Shown here: positions 30,868 to 39,799 of the stretch, in pieces
Position numbering within the stretch: position 1 is the stretch's first letter
Layout of the letters: the number at the start of each line of letters is the position of its first letter
DNA from: Candidatus Eiseniibacteriota bacterium
GTDB lineage: Bacteria > Eisenbacteria > RBG-16-71-46
Assembly (NCBI GenBank): GCA_963707915.1
Contig: OY970178.1
Coordinates: forward strand, 288,001-352,000
Length of the DNA: 64,000 bases
Direction: 5' to 3'
Position numbers and translations under genes: made by a program
Notes under the pieces: model-generated
Database searches by the model: none
What the model was told of the DNA's origin: nothing
The model's input: the letters and a program-made list of their open reading frames with translations, nothing else

Positions 30868-32688
30868 ATGAACCAGGACCCGTCGACGCAGGAGCACCAG
30901 GACTTCATCCGGGAGATCGTCCAGCAGGACCTGGCCGAGGGCCGCTGCCGCGGCGTGGTGACGCGCTTCCCGCCCGAGCCCAACGGCTATCTCCACATCG
31001 GGCACGCCAAGTCCATCTGCCTGAACTTCGGCATCGCGCGGCAGTTCGGCGGCCAGTGCAACCTGCGCATGGACGACACCAACCCGACCAAGGAGGACGT
31101 CGAGTACGTCGACTCCATCACGGCGGACGTGAAGTGGCTCATCGCCGGCTGGGCCGACCACTGCCTGGGCCTCAAACCGGCCGGGCGGACGGCCGAGCCC
31201 CGCGCCGTGGGGGGCCGGGACGACTTCTACCTCGCGCCGGTCATGCCGGGGCAGGGTCGCGGCGAGGCGCTCGAGCCGTTCTACGCGTCGGACTACTTCG
31301 GACCGCTCTACGAGTACGCGCTCGAGTTGATCCGCCGGGGCAAGGCCTTCGTCTGCGACCACACCGCGGAGGAGGTCGACCTGATGCGCGGCGCCCCCGA
31401 CCGGCCGGCGCAGGCGAGCGCCTACCGTGACCGTGCGGTGGCGGAGAACCTCGACCGCTTCCGGCGCATGCGCGCCGGCGAGTTCCCGGACGGCGCCTGC
31501 ACGCTGCGCGCGAAGATCGACCTGCTCGCGCCCAACGTCTGGCTGCGCGACCCCGTGCTCTACCGCATCCGCCACGCGTCGCACCATCACACCGGCGACC
31601 AGTGGTGCATCTACCCGATGTACGACTTCGCCCACGGCCTGAGCGACTACATCGAGGGCATCACCCACAGCATCTGCACCCTCGAGTTCGAGGTGCATCG
31701 CCCGCTGTACGACTGGATCCTCGAGGCGCTCGACTTGCCGCGGCCGCAACCGCACCAGTACGAGTTCGCCCGGCTCAACGTGACCTATACCGTGATGAGC
31801 AAGCGCAAGCTGCTGCGGCTCGTGCAGGAGGGGCAGGTGGGGGGCTGGGACGACCCGCGCATGCCGACCATCTCGGGCATGCGGCGGCGTGGCTACCCGG
31901 CCGAGGCGATCCGCGCGTTCTGCGAGCGCATCGGGGTCGCGAAGCGCGAGAACATGGTCGAACTGGGGCTGCTCGAGCACTTCGTGCGCGAGGACCTCAA
32001 CCGGCGCGCCCCGCGCGCCATGGCGGTGCTGCGGCCGCTCCGGGTGGTGATCGAGAACTACCCCGAGGGGCAGGTCGAGGAGATGGAGGCGATCAACAAC
32101 CCCGAGGACGCCGCGATGGGCTCGCGCCGGGTGCCGTTCTCGCGGGTGGTCTACATCGAGCAGGACGACTTCCGCGAGGTGCCGCCGCCGAAGTACCACC
32201 GCCTGAGCCCGGGCGTGGAGGTGCGGCTGCGCTACGCCTACCTGGTCACCTGCACCGGCGTGGTCAAGGACCCCGCGACCGGCGAGGTGGTCGAGGTGCG
32301 CGCCCGCTACGATCCGGCCACGCGCGGCGGCGACACGCCCGACGGGCGCAAGGTGAAGGCCACGATCCACTGGGTGTCGGCGGCCCACGCGATCGAGGGC
32401 GAGGTGCGGCTCTACGAGACGCTCTTCGGCGTGGAGGTCCCCGAGGCCGTGCCGGAGGGCCAGGACTTCACGCGCAGCCTCAACCCGCGGTCGCTGGAGA
32501 CCCTGAAGGGCTGCAAGCTCGAGCCCTCGCTGGCCATGGCGGTGCCCGGCGCGCCGTGCCAGTTCGAGCGGCTCGGCTACTTCTGCGCCGACCCGGCGGA
32601 CTCCCGCCCCGGCGCGCCGGTCTTCAACCGGACGGTCACCCTGAAGGACGCCTGGGCGAAGATCGAGAGGAAGCAGGGCCGGGGCTGA
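30868..32688 (+). CDS. glnS: Glutamine--tRNA ligase
   Basis: [65 protein letters not shown]. Confidence 0.97.
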   Translation: MNQDPSTQEHQDFIREIVQQDLAEGRCRGVVTRFPPEPNGYLHIGHAKSICLNFGIARQFGGQCNLRMDDTNPTKEDVEYVDSITADVKWLIAGWADHCLGLKPAGRTAEPRAVGGRDDFYLAPVMPGQGRGEALEPFYASDYFGPLYEYALELIRRGKAFVCDHTAEEVDLMRGAPDRPAQASAYRDRAVAENLDRFRRMRAGEFPDGACTLRAKIDLLAPNVWLRDPVLYRIRHASHHHTGDQWCIYPMYDFAHGLSDYIEGITHSICTLEFEVHRPLYDWILEALDLPRPQPHQYEFARLNVTYTVMSKRKLLRLVQEGQVGGWDDPRMPTISGMRRRGYPAEAIRAFCERIGVAKRENMVELGLLEHFVREDLNRRAPRAMAVLRPLRVVIENYPEGQVEEMEAINNPEDAAMGSRRVPFSRVVYIEQDDFREVPPPKYHRLSPGVEVRLRYAYLVTCTGVVKDPATGEVVEVRARYDPATRGGDTPDGRKVKATIHWVSAAHAIEGEVRLYETLFGVEVPEAVPEGQDFTRSLNPRSLETLKGCKLEPSLAMAVPGAPCQFERLGYFCADPADSRPGAPVFNRTVTLKDAWAKIERKQGRG

Positions 32689-32723
32689 CGCCCGGCCCCG
32701 CCGCCGGCCGAGGAGCCTCCACC

Positions 32724-34196
32724 GTGACCGTCCGAGTCCGCTTCGCCCCGAGCCCCACCGGCTTCCTGCACGTCGGGGGCGCGCGCACCGCGCTCTACAA
32801 CTACCTGTTCGCGCGCGTCCACGGGGGCGTCTTCGTGCTGCGCATCGAGGACACCGACGCGGCCCGTTCCACCGACGAGTCGGTGACCGCGATCCTCGAC
32901 AGCCTGCGCTGGCTCGGGCTCGCCTGGGACGAGGGCCCGGGGGCCGGCGGCGCCCACGGCCCCTACTTCCAGTCCGAGCGCCGCGAGCATTATCGGCGGC
33001 ACGCCGGGGCGCTGCGCGCGGCGGGCCGGGCCTACCCGTGCTACTGCACGCCCGCGGAACTGGAGGCGATGCGGGAGTCGCAGGCGGTCCACAAGGAGCC
33101 GCAGCGCTACGACGGGCGCTGCCGCGGCCTCGACGCGGCAGCCCGCGCCCGGCTCGAGGCCGAGGGCCGCGCCCCGGCGCTGCGCTTCGCGCTCGAGACC
33201 GGGGGGGAGACCGCGTGGCAGGACGTGGTGCGCGACCGCGTCGCCTTCCGCAACGACGTGCTCGACGATTTCGTGCTGCTGCGCGCCGACGGCCTGCCGA
33301 CCTACAACTTCGCCTGCGTGGTGGACGACCACGAGATGGAGATCAGCCACGTCATCCGCGGCGACGACCACATCTCGAACACGCCGCGCCAGGTCGCGCT
33401 CTACGCGGCGCTCGGCTGGGAGCCGCCGGTCTTCGCCCACGTCTCCATGATCCTCGGCAGCGACGGCTCGAGGCTCTCGAAGCGGCACGGCGCCACGTCG
33501 GTGGCGGCCTACCACGAGCTGGGCTACCTGCCGGCCGCGATGGTCAACTTCCTGGCGCTGCTGGGCTGGGCCTACGACGACAAGACGGAGCTGTTCACGC
33601 TCGCCGAGCTGGAGCGGGTCTTCCGGCTCGAGCGGGTGAGCCGCAACCCGGCGGTCTTCAATCTCGAGAAGCTGGACTGGCTGAACGGCCAGCACCTGAA
33701 GCGGCTCCCCGAGAGCGAGCGCACGGAGCTCGTCACGCGCTTCCTCGCGGGGCGCGGCTTCGACCTCGCGCGACATCCCGCGGAATGGTGGACGGCGCTG
33801 GTGCGCACGCTCGGCGACCGGCTCAGGACCCTGGCCGACGCGGAGAGCATCGGGGCGTTCGCGTTGCGGGAGACGCTCGAGACCGAGCCGGCGGCGTGGG
33901 CCGAGCTGCTGGGGAAGCCGGCGACCGGCCGGCGGCTCGAGCAACTGGCGGAGGCCCTAGCGGCCGACGAGGACTTCACGCTCGAGAGCCTCGAGCGAGC
34001 GACCCGCGGCCTGGCGGCCGCGCAGGGGGTGAAGCCGGGGGAGCTCATGGGCACCGCGCGAATCGCCCTGACCGGCCGCAAGACCGCGCCGGGACTGTTC
34101 GAGGTGATGTGGCTGTTGGGCCGCGAGCGGGCGGTGGGGCGGCTGCGGCACGCCGCCGCGCGCTGGAGCGCGGAGTCCGCCCTCGCCGGCGGCTGA
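32724..34196 (+). CDS. gltX: Glutamate--tRNA ligase
   Basis: RFAPSPTGFLHVGGARTAL, LRIEDTD, AYPCYC, PTYNFACVVDD, HVIRGDDH, LSKRHG; AGGAG RBS before GTG. Confidence 0.97.
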   Translation: MTVRVRFAPSPTGFLHVGGARTALYNYLFARVHGGVFVLRIEDTDAARSTDESVTAILDSLRWLGLAWDEGPGAGGAHGPYFQSERREHYRRHAGALRAAGRAYPCYCTPAELEAMRESQAVHKEPQRYDGRCRGLDAAARARLEAEGRAPALRFALETGGETAWQDVVRDRVAFRNDVLDDFVLLRADGLPTYNFACVVDDHEMEISHVIRGDDHISNTPRQVALYAALGWEPPVFAHVSMILGSDGSRLSKRHGATSVAAYHELGYLPAAMVNFLALLGWAYDDKTELFTLAELERVFRLERVSRNPAVFNLEKLDWLNGQHLKRLPESERTELVTRFLAGRGFDLARHPAEWWTALVRTLGDRLRTLADAESIGAFALRETLETEPAAWAELLGKPATGRRLEQLAEALAADEDFTLESLERATRGLAAAQGVKPGELMGTARIALTGRKTAPGLFEVMWLLGRERAVGRLRHAAARWSAESALAGG

Positions 34197-34216
34197 TCGG
34201 CGGGGCGCCGGCCGCC

Positions 34217-34246
34217 TTGTCCGGGAAGGCGCCCTTGGGTTACATT
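34217..34246 (+). promoter_or_regulatory. Possible sigma70 promoter for tRNA-Gln
   Basis: TTGTCC, 18 bp, TACATT about 20 nt upstream of the tRNA. Confidence 0.4.
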
Positions 34247-34266
34247 TCCTGCCGCATCGCCTTGAT

Positions 34267-34340
34267 TGCCCGGTGGTGTAACGGTAGCACGACTGGCTCT
34301 GGACCAGTTAGTCGAGGTTCGAATCCTTGCCGGGCAGCCA
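34267..34340 (+). tRNA. tRNA-Gln (anticodon CTG)
   Basis: Acceptor TGCCCGG/CCGGGCA, anticodon arm ACTGG-CTCTGGA-CCAGT, T-loop TTCGAAT, encoded CCA. Confidence 0.97.
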
Positions 34341-34431
34341 TCTCTTCGGTACGCGCGCCTGCGGCGTTCCCTGACGCCTGCGGCGCGAACGCCCCGGTGG
34401 CCGATGGCCGGATGCGGTCGCCGGTGGGCGC

Positions 34432-34460
34432 TTGACGCTCCCGCCACCGGTGGATAGATT
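34432..34460 (+). promoter_or_regulatory. sigma70 promoter for tRNA-Glu
   Basis: TTGACG, 17 bp, TAGATT. Confidence 0.65.
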
Positions 34461-34475
34461 CCCCGCCTTCATCGT

Positions 34476-34551
34476 GGCGCTATCGTCTAGGGGTCTAGGA
34501 CAGGTGGTTCTCAGCCATCAGACCGGGGTTCGAATCCCCGTAGCGCTACCA
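34476..34551 (+). tRNA. tRNA-Glu (anticodon CTC)
   Basis: Acceptor GGCGCTA/TAGCGCT, anticodon arm GGTGG-TTCTCAG-CCATC, GGTTCGAATCC, encoded CCA. Confidence 0.97.
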
Positions 34552-34562
34552 GCCTCGTGAAC

Positions 34563-34589
34563 GCCCGCGGAGCCGCCTCCGCGGGCTTC
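34563..34589 (+). terminator. Hairpin after tRNA-Glu
   Basis: gcccgcggag-ccgc-ctccgcgggc followed by ttc. Confidence 0.55.
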
Positions 34590-34832
34590 GTCGTCGGCCC
34601 CGGGGCGCGGCCCGGTCGCCGGGCGGGCCGTGCCCCGCGATCGCGAGCTCGCCGGCCGCGGTTCATGGCACGGGCCCGCCGGCGTGCGGTACGATCGGCC
34701 CGTCCACGCGCGGGTGGGGAAGCGGGGGGACGGCGGGCGCTTCCGCGACGCCGGGTCCCGCAGGGAGTCGGTCGCCGGGCCGGTCGCGGCCGGAGCCGGC
34801 GGACGAGGGCCCGCGGAGGCAGGAGGCAGGGC

Positions 34833-35750
34833 GTGAGCGTCGCGAAGCGCAGCTTCGGAAGCACCGGCGTCATGGTCTCGGAGATCGGGTTCGGCTGCGG
34901 CGGTTACTGGGGCTTCCCCCATTTCCCCGAGAAGCGGGCCGCCGAGATCCTCGACCTGGCGCTCGAGCACGGTGTCGACCTGGTGGACACGGGACCGAAC
35001 TACTCCGGCGGGAACGCGGAGCCGCGCCTCGGGAGGATCCTCGCGGGCCGGCGTGAGCAGGTCTTCCTGGCGACCAAGGTCGGCACGCGGGCCGAGCGGG
35101 GCCGGGTGGTGAAGGACTGGAGCGCGGGCGGCATCCGGGCCTCGGTGGAGGCCAGCCTCGGGAGGCTGCGAACCGACCGGCTCGACCTGGTCCAACTCCA
35201 CTCGCCGTCACCCGACGTCCTCGAGAACGAGGGGACCCTGGGGGCGCTCGCCGCGCTGAAGCGCGACGGCCTCGTCCGCTTCGTCGGCCTCTCCACCGAC
35301 GCGAAGCTCGCGACGCGGGCGATCGAGCTCGGGGTCTTCGACTGCGTCATGCTCACCTACAACATCCTCCACCAGCGTTCCAGCGAGCGGGTCGCGGGGA
35401 TCGCGGCAGGGGCGGGCCGGGCGGTGCTCGCCCGCTCGCCGATGGCCCACGCGGTCTACGAGGCGGCGCTCTTCCGGCCGACCTCGTGGGCGCGGGTCTG
35501 GTATCTGCTCCGGGCACTCAGGAACTTCCGCGGCGACGTCGCGAAGGGCCGTTCCCTCCGCTTCCTGCAGGGCTGGGAAGGCTGGTCCGGCCCGCGTGCG
35601 GCGCTCCGCTACGTGCTCGAGAACCCGCTCGTGACGTCGGCGGTCATCGGCACGACGGACCCCCGCCACCTGCTGGACAACCTCTCCGTCTCCGGCGGTC
35701 CGGCACTGCCCCGGGAGCTCTTCGAGCGGATCCGCGGCATCGATCCCTGA
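34833..35750 (+). CDS. Aldo/keto reductase
   Basis: VSEIGFGC, VDTGPNY, FLATKVG, SLGRLRTDRLDLVQLH, GLVRFVGLS; AGGAGG RBS. Confidence 0.92.
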   Translation: MSVAKRSFGSTGVMVSEIGFGCGGYWGFPHFPEKRAAEILDLALEHGVDLVDTGPNYSGGNAEPRLGRILAGRREQVFLATKVGTRAERGRVVKDWSAGGIRASVEASLGRLRTDRLDLVQLHSPSPDVLENEGTLGALAALKRDGLVRFVGLSTDAKLATRAIELGVFDCVMLTYNILHQRSSERVAGIAAGAGRAVLARSPMAHAVYEAALFRPTSWARVWYLLRALRNFRGDVAKGRSLRFLQGWEGWSGPRAALRYVLENPLVTSAVIGTTDPRHLLDNLSVSGGPALPRELFERIRGIDP

Positions 35751-35904
35751 TCCGGCGCCGGCTGCGGCCCGGGCGAGCCGGGCGCGATCCCGCCCGGTGC
35801 GCCCCGGGGCCGCTTCCAGGCCCGCCGATCCACCATCGGGCGAAATGCAATCCGCGCTGCACATTGCGGGGCGCGATTCGACTAACACATTACAGTCGCT
35901 ATAC

Positions 35905-35937
35905 TTGACACCCCTGTTCGGTGGCCCATAGAATGCT
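35905..35937 (+). promoter_or_regulatory. Overlapping sigma70 (TTGACA-18-TAGAAT) and sigma54-like (TGGC-N8-TGCT) promoters upstream of the EPS operon
   Basis: TTGACA 35905-35910, TAGAAT 35929-35934; TGGCCCATAGAATGCT 35922-35937 has exact GG-N10-GC spacing; locally AT-rich. Confidence 0.7.
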
Positions 35938-36194
35938 CGGGTCCGGGGTGGGTGTCAGAATCCTCGCTTCCTTGCATGATGGGTGATTCCTGGAGCGCTA
36001 CCAGCCGATTCTCCCGGTGACGGGCGGGTCGGCAGGCCGCGGGACTGGATACGCTGCCCCGCATCGGACCCAGAACGACGCGCAACCATCCCTGACCACG
36101 ACGTGCCCGGCGCCCCTCGCCGAAGACCCGCCTCCCGGGCCCGCGTCAGGCTGAGCAGTGGTCGGCAGCGACGACTCGCCGCAGGATCGAGCCC

Positions 36195-38846
36195 ATGAAG
36201 AAGACGCAGCGATACCTGATCCTCACGCTGGGCTACGCGCTGCTCCTGCAGCTGGCCTTCGCGGGAGCCCTGCTGCTGCGCTTCGAAGGTGTCGTTCCCG
36301 CCCACTTCTGGCACGGCTACCTGCTGTCCGCGCCGTGGTTCACCGGGCTCTCCCTGGCCGGGTTCTACGTGGCCGGCCTCTACCACGGGCTGTGGCGCTA
36401 CGCCAGCACGGTGACGCTCTTCCAGATCCTCAAGGGGGTCACGCTCTCGGCCCTCTCCCTCGCGATCATCAGCCTGTTCTCCTACGACCTGCTCTTCCCG
36501 CGCAGCGTCATCGTCCTGGTGTGGCTGTGGGAGATCATCTTCATGGGCGGCGTGCGCTTCGCGTGGCGGCTCTCGCGCGAGCGCGTGCTGGGGCCGACGC
36601 CGCTGCGGGCGGGCCGCGCGGTGGTCGTCGGCGCGGGGCACGCGGGCATGCACCTGATCACCGAGATGCGCCGCGGGCCGGCGGGCAACGAGGTCCTGCA
36701 GCCGGTGGGCTTCATCGACGACGACCCGCACCTGGCCGGCCACCTGCTCGAGGGCGTGAAGGTGCTCGGCAGCATCGCCGACCTGCCGCGCGTGATCGAG
36801 GAGCAGCGGGTCGAGATCGTGATCGTCTCGGACCCCGCGCTGCCGGCGAAGGTGGTGCGCGAGATCGCGCGCTTCTGTGTCGAGGCCCACGTCCGGGTGA
36901 AGACGCTCTCCGGGCTCTCCGACCTGCACCACGGCCGCTCGACGCTCTCGCAGATGCGCGACGTGAGCATCGAGGACCTGCTGGGGCGCCAGCCCGTGCA
37001 CCTGCACCTGACCGAGGTGGCCGAGTTCCTGCGCAGCCAGCGCGTGCTGGTGACCGGCGCGGGCGGCTCGATCGGTTCCGAGCTGGCGCGCCAGGTGGCG
37101 AGCTTCGGCCCGGCCTGCCTGGTCCTGCTGGACCACGCGGAGAACGGGCTCTACTACGTCCAGAACGAGCTGGTCGCCCAGTACCCGTCGTTGCCGATCC
37201 ACGGCGTGGTGGCCGACGTCCGCGACGCCGAGGCGGTCGAACTGGCCTGCCTGAAGTTCCGGCCCTCGGTGGTGTTCCACGCCGCGGCGCACAAGCACGT
37301 CCCGCTGCTCGAGACCAATCCGCGCGAGGCCGTGCTCAACAACGTGGTGGGCACGCGCAACCTGCTGGACGCCGCCGAGCGCCACGGCGTGGGCAAGTTC
37401 GTGCTCATCTCCACGGACAAGGCGGTGAACCCGAGCAGCGTGATGGGCGCGACCAAGCGGATCTGCGAGATGATGATGCAGAGTCGCTCGCACCGCAGCC
37501 ACACGCGCTTCGCGGCGGTGCGCTTCGGCAACGTGCTGGGCAGCGAAGGTTCGGTGGTCCCGCTGTTCCAGCGGCAGATCCAGCGCGGCGGGCCGCTGAC
37601 CGTGACCCATCCGGAGGCGCGCCGTTTCTTCATGACCATCCCCGAGGCGGTGCGGCTGGTGCTGCAGGCCGGATCCATGGGGCGCGGCGGCGAGGTGTTC
37701 CTGCTGGACATGGGCGAGCAGGTGCGGATCGACGACCTGGCCCGGCAGCTGATCCGCATGGCGGGCCTGCGCGAGGGCGAGGACATCGAGATCGTCTACA
37801 CCGGACTGCGCCCGGGGGAGAAGCTCTACGAGGAGCTGCACTCGGACGCCGAGCGCATGCGCATCACCCGCCACGAACGCATCATGGTGTGGGACCTGGA
37901 CGCCCCGCCGGAGTCCGAGCTGCTCCAGGACGTGGACGAGCTGGAAGCCCGCGCCCGGAACGGGGACGCGGCCGGGGTACGCCTGCAGCTGCAGCGGATC
38001 GTCCCCGAGTACCGCGAGCCGACCCCCGAGAGCCTGGCGGCGCCGCAGGGGGACTCGGACCTGGTGGAGCTGCCGGCCCTGTCGCCGGGGAACGCCGATC
38101 CCGTGCCGTTGCCCGGCCCGGAACGCGTGCGGAGCGCGGTCGACGCGCTGGTGGCGTTCGGGCTGATCGTGGTCACGGGGCCGCTCTGGGTGCTGGCCTG
38201 GCTCGAAGCGCGGAGCGCCGGCGAGCGCGATGCGTTCCGCCGCTTCGATTGCGTGGGGCGCAACCGCCGCTGGCGGCGGCGGCGCTCGTCTCCCGACGGG
38301 TCGCCCATCGACCGCCGCAGCGGCGAGCGGCGCACCCAGGACCTGTTCGGCGTCCCCCTGGTCTGCGCCCACTTCCGCGTCGACCTCGGGCCCGTCGGTC
38401 GCTGGCTGGCGCGCCGCAACCTCGACCGCCTGCCGCTGCTCCTGAACGTGCTGCGCGGCGAGCTGGCGATGGTCGGTCCGCGCCCCGAGACGCAGGACGC
38501 CGTGCTGCGCTGGCAGGGCCTCTCGCCGGAGTTCGCGCGCCGCTTCTCGGTGCTGCCCGGGGTGACCGGGCTGGCCCAGCTCTCCGGCTGCCCGGACGCG
38601 GGAGCCGAGGGCATGGCCTGCCGCATCCAGTACGACCTCTACTACATCGATCATCGCTCGCTGCTGCTCGACGTGCGGACGCTGGTCCGCACGGCCCGCG
38701 TGGTCTTCGGCGGGCCGGGCAGGCTCGCGGCGCGTCAGGGCTCCGCGGCGGTGGTCGCAGGGTGCCGGCCGGCAGGGCCGGAGACGACGGGGACCGGCGC
38801 GATCGTCGCGGCCGGCCCGACCCCGGTCAAAGGAGTGACACGATGA
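36195..38846 (+). CDS. CapD/PglF-type nucleotide-sugar 4,6-dehydratase fused to a degenerate bacterial sugar-transferase (PGT) domain
   Basis: N-terminal TM helices, VVGAGHAG, VTGAGGSIGSEL, HAAAHKHVP, ISTDKAVNP, MGATKR, VRFGNVLGS, GLRPGEKLYEEL; then NVLRGELAMVGPRPE, PGVTGLAQ, DLYYI. Confidence 0.9.
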   Translation: MKKTQRYLILTLGYALLLQLAFAGALLLRFEGVVPAHFWHGYLLSAPWFTGLSLAGFYVAGLYHGLWRYASTVTLFQILKGVTLSALSLAIISLFSYDLLFPRSVIVLVWLWEIIFMGGVRFAWRLSRERVLGPTPLRAGRAVVVGAGHAGMHLITEMRRGPAGNEVLQPVGFIDDDPHLAGHLLEGVKVLGSIADLPRVIEEQRVEIVIVSDPALPAKVVREIARFCVEAHVRVKTLSGLSDLHHGRSTLSQMRDVSIEDLLGRQPVHLHLTEVAEFLRSQRVLVTGAGGSIGSELARQVASFGPACLVLLDHAENGLYYVQNELVAQYPSLPIHGVVADVRDAEAVELACLKFRPSVVFHAAAHKHVPLLETNPREAVLNNVVGTRNLLDAAERHGVGKFVLISTDKAVNPSSVMGATKRICEMMMQSRSHRSHTRFAAVRFGNVLGSEGSVVPLFQRQIQRGGPLTVTHPEARRFFMTIPEAVRLVLQAGSMGRGGEVFLLDMGEQVRIDDLARQLIRMAGLREGEDIEIVYTGLRPGEKLYEELHSDAERMRITRHERIMVWDLDAPPESELLQDVDELEARARNGDAAGVRLQLQRIVPEYREPTPESLAAPQGDSDLVELPALSPGNADPVPLPGPERVRSAVDALVAFGLIVVTGPLWVLAWLEARSAGERDAFRRFDCVGRNRRWRRRRSSPDGSPIDRRSGERRTQDLFGVPLVCAHFRVDLGPVGRWLARRNLDRLPLLLNVLRGELAMVGPRPETQDAVLRWQGLSPEFARRFSVLPGVTGLAQLSGCPDAGAEGMACRIQYDLYYIDHRSLLLDVRTLVRTARVVFGGPGRLAARQGSAAVVAGCRPAGPETTGTGAIVAAGPTPVKGVTR

Positions 38847-39799
38847 GACGGTCCTGGCTGGCGATGATGGGGATGGCCTTCGCACTGGGGACCCTGACGG
38901 CCGCGGCGCCGGCGCGCGCCGAGGAGTACACGATCGGGCCCGAGGACGTCCTGCAGGTCTCCGTCTGGATGCACCCGGAGCTGGAGCGCACGGTCACCGT
39001 GGACGCGGACAGCAGCATCACGTTCCCGCCGGTGGGCGGCCTCAAGGCCGGCGGCCAGACCACCAGCCAGCTGGCCACGCGGCTCGCGGACCGGCTGTCG
39101 AGCTACCTGCGCCAGACCGCCACGGTGACGGTGACCGTCAGGCAGTACCTGAGCCAGAGCGTGTTCGTCTCGGGCGGTGTGGCCACGCCGGCACGGTACG
39201 GCTTCGAGCGGTTGCCCGGGCTGATCGACGTCATCAGCCGGGCGGGCGGCGCGATCGCCGGCGCGGACCTCTCCCAGGTGCAGATCATCCGGCGGGAAGG
39301 GGACCTGCGACGCCCGCAGACGGTGGACGTGGCCCGTGCGCTGCGCCAGGGCTCCGACGCGGGACTGCCGGCGCTCCGGCCGGGGGACGTGGTCGTGGTC
39401 CCGGTGGAGGCCGCCCGCGGGGCCGCGACCGGGAGCGACGTCGTCGGCGTGCTGGGCGAGGTGACGCGGCCGGGCCTGTACCCGGTCGGGTCGGGCCAGA
39501 GCCTGTGGATGGTCCTGGCCGCGGCGGGCGGAGTCACTCCGGTGGGCAAGCTGGCGGACGTGCGGGTCGTGCGCCCGAAGGACGCCGGCACGTCGGTCTT
39601 CAGCGTGAACCTCAAGCAGCAGCTGGCCAACGGCGCGCGCGAGTCGTTCGTGGTCAGCCCGGGCGACGTGGTGTTCGTCGCCGGCCGCGGCGGCCTGGCC
39701 AACACCTGGATCGCCCTGACGCAGTTCCTCTCGATCTCCCGCGACCTGGCGAACATCGTCGTGGTCGCCGACTACCTCAACCGCCAGAGCGGCAACTGA
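38843..39799 (+). CDS. wza: Polysaccharide export (OPX/Wza-like) protein with SLBB domains
   Basis: YTIGPEDVLQVSVW, ITFPPVG, LRPGDVVVVP, VLGEVTRPGLY; SPI-type signal without Cys. Confidence 0.85.
   Translation: MRRSWLAMMGMAFALGTLTAAAPARAEEYTIGPEDVLQVSVWMHPELERTVTVDADSSITFPPVGGLKAGGQTTSQLATRLADRLSSYLRQTATVTVTVRQYLSQSVFVSGGVATPARYGFERLPGLIDVISRAGGAIAGADLSQVQIIRREGDLRRPQTVDVARALRQGSDAGLPALRPGDVVVVPVEAARGAATGSDVVGVLGEVTRPGLYPVGSGQSLWMVLAAAGGVTPVGKLADVRVVRPKDAGTSVFSVNLKQQLANGARESFVVSPGDVVFVAGRGGLANTWIALTQFLSISRDLANIVVVADYLNRQSGN

Noticed and set aside
34666..34682. sigma54 promoter upstream of the aldo/keto reductase (TGGCACG)
   Set aside because: GG-to-GC spacing is 9 rather than 10 and there is no TTGC
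35940..36194. ops/JUMPstart element or known riboswitch in the EPS leader
   Set aside because: No GGCGGTAG or recognisable aptamer consensus by eye; an Rfam scan would be needed to exclude fully
36158..39799. Long N-terminal extensions given by the ORF track for wza and similarly for gltX, suhB, exosortase, epsI and prsR
   Set aside because: Each real gene has an internal start with RBS or stop-start overlap; the extensions overlap the upstream gene in another frame
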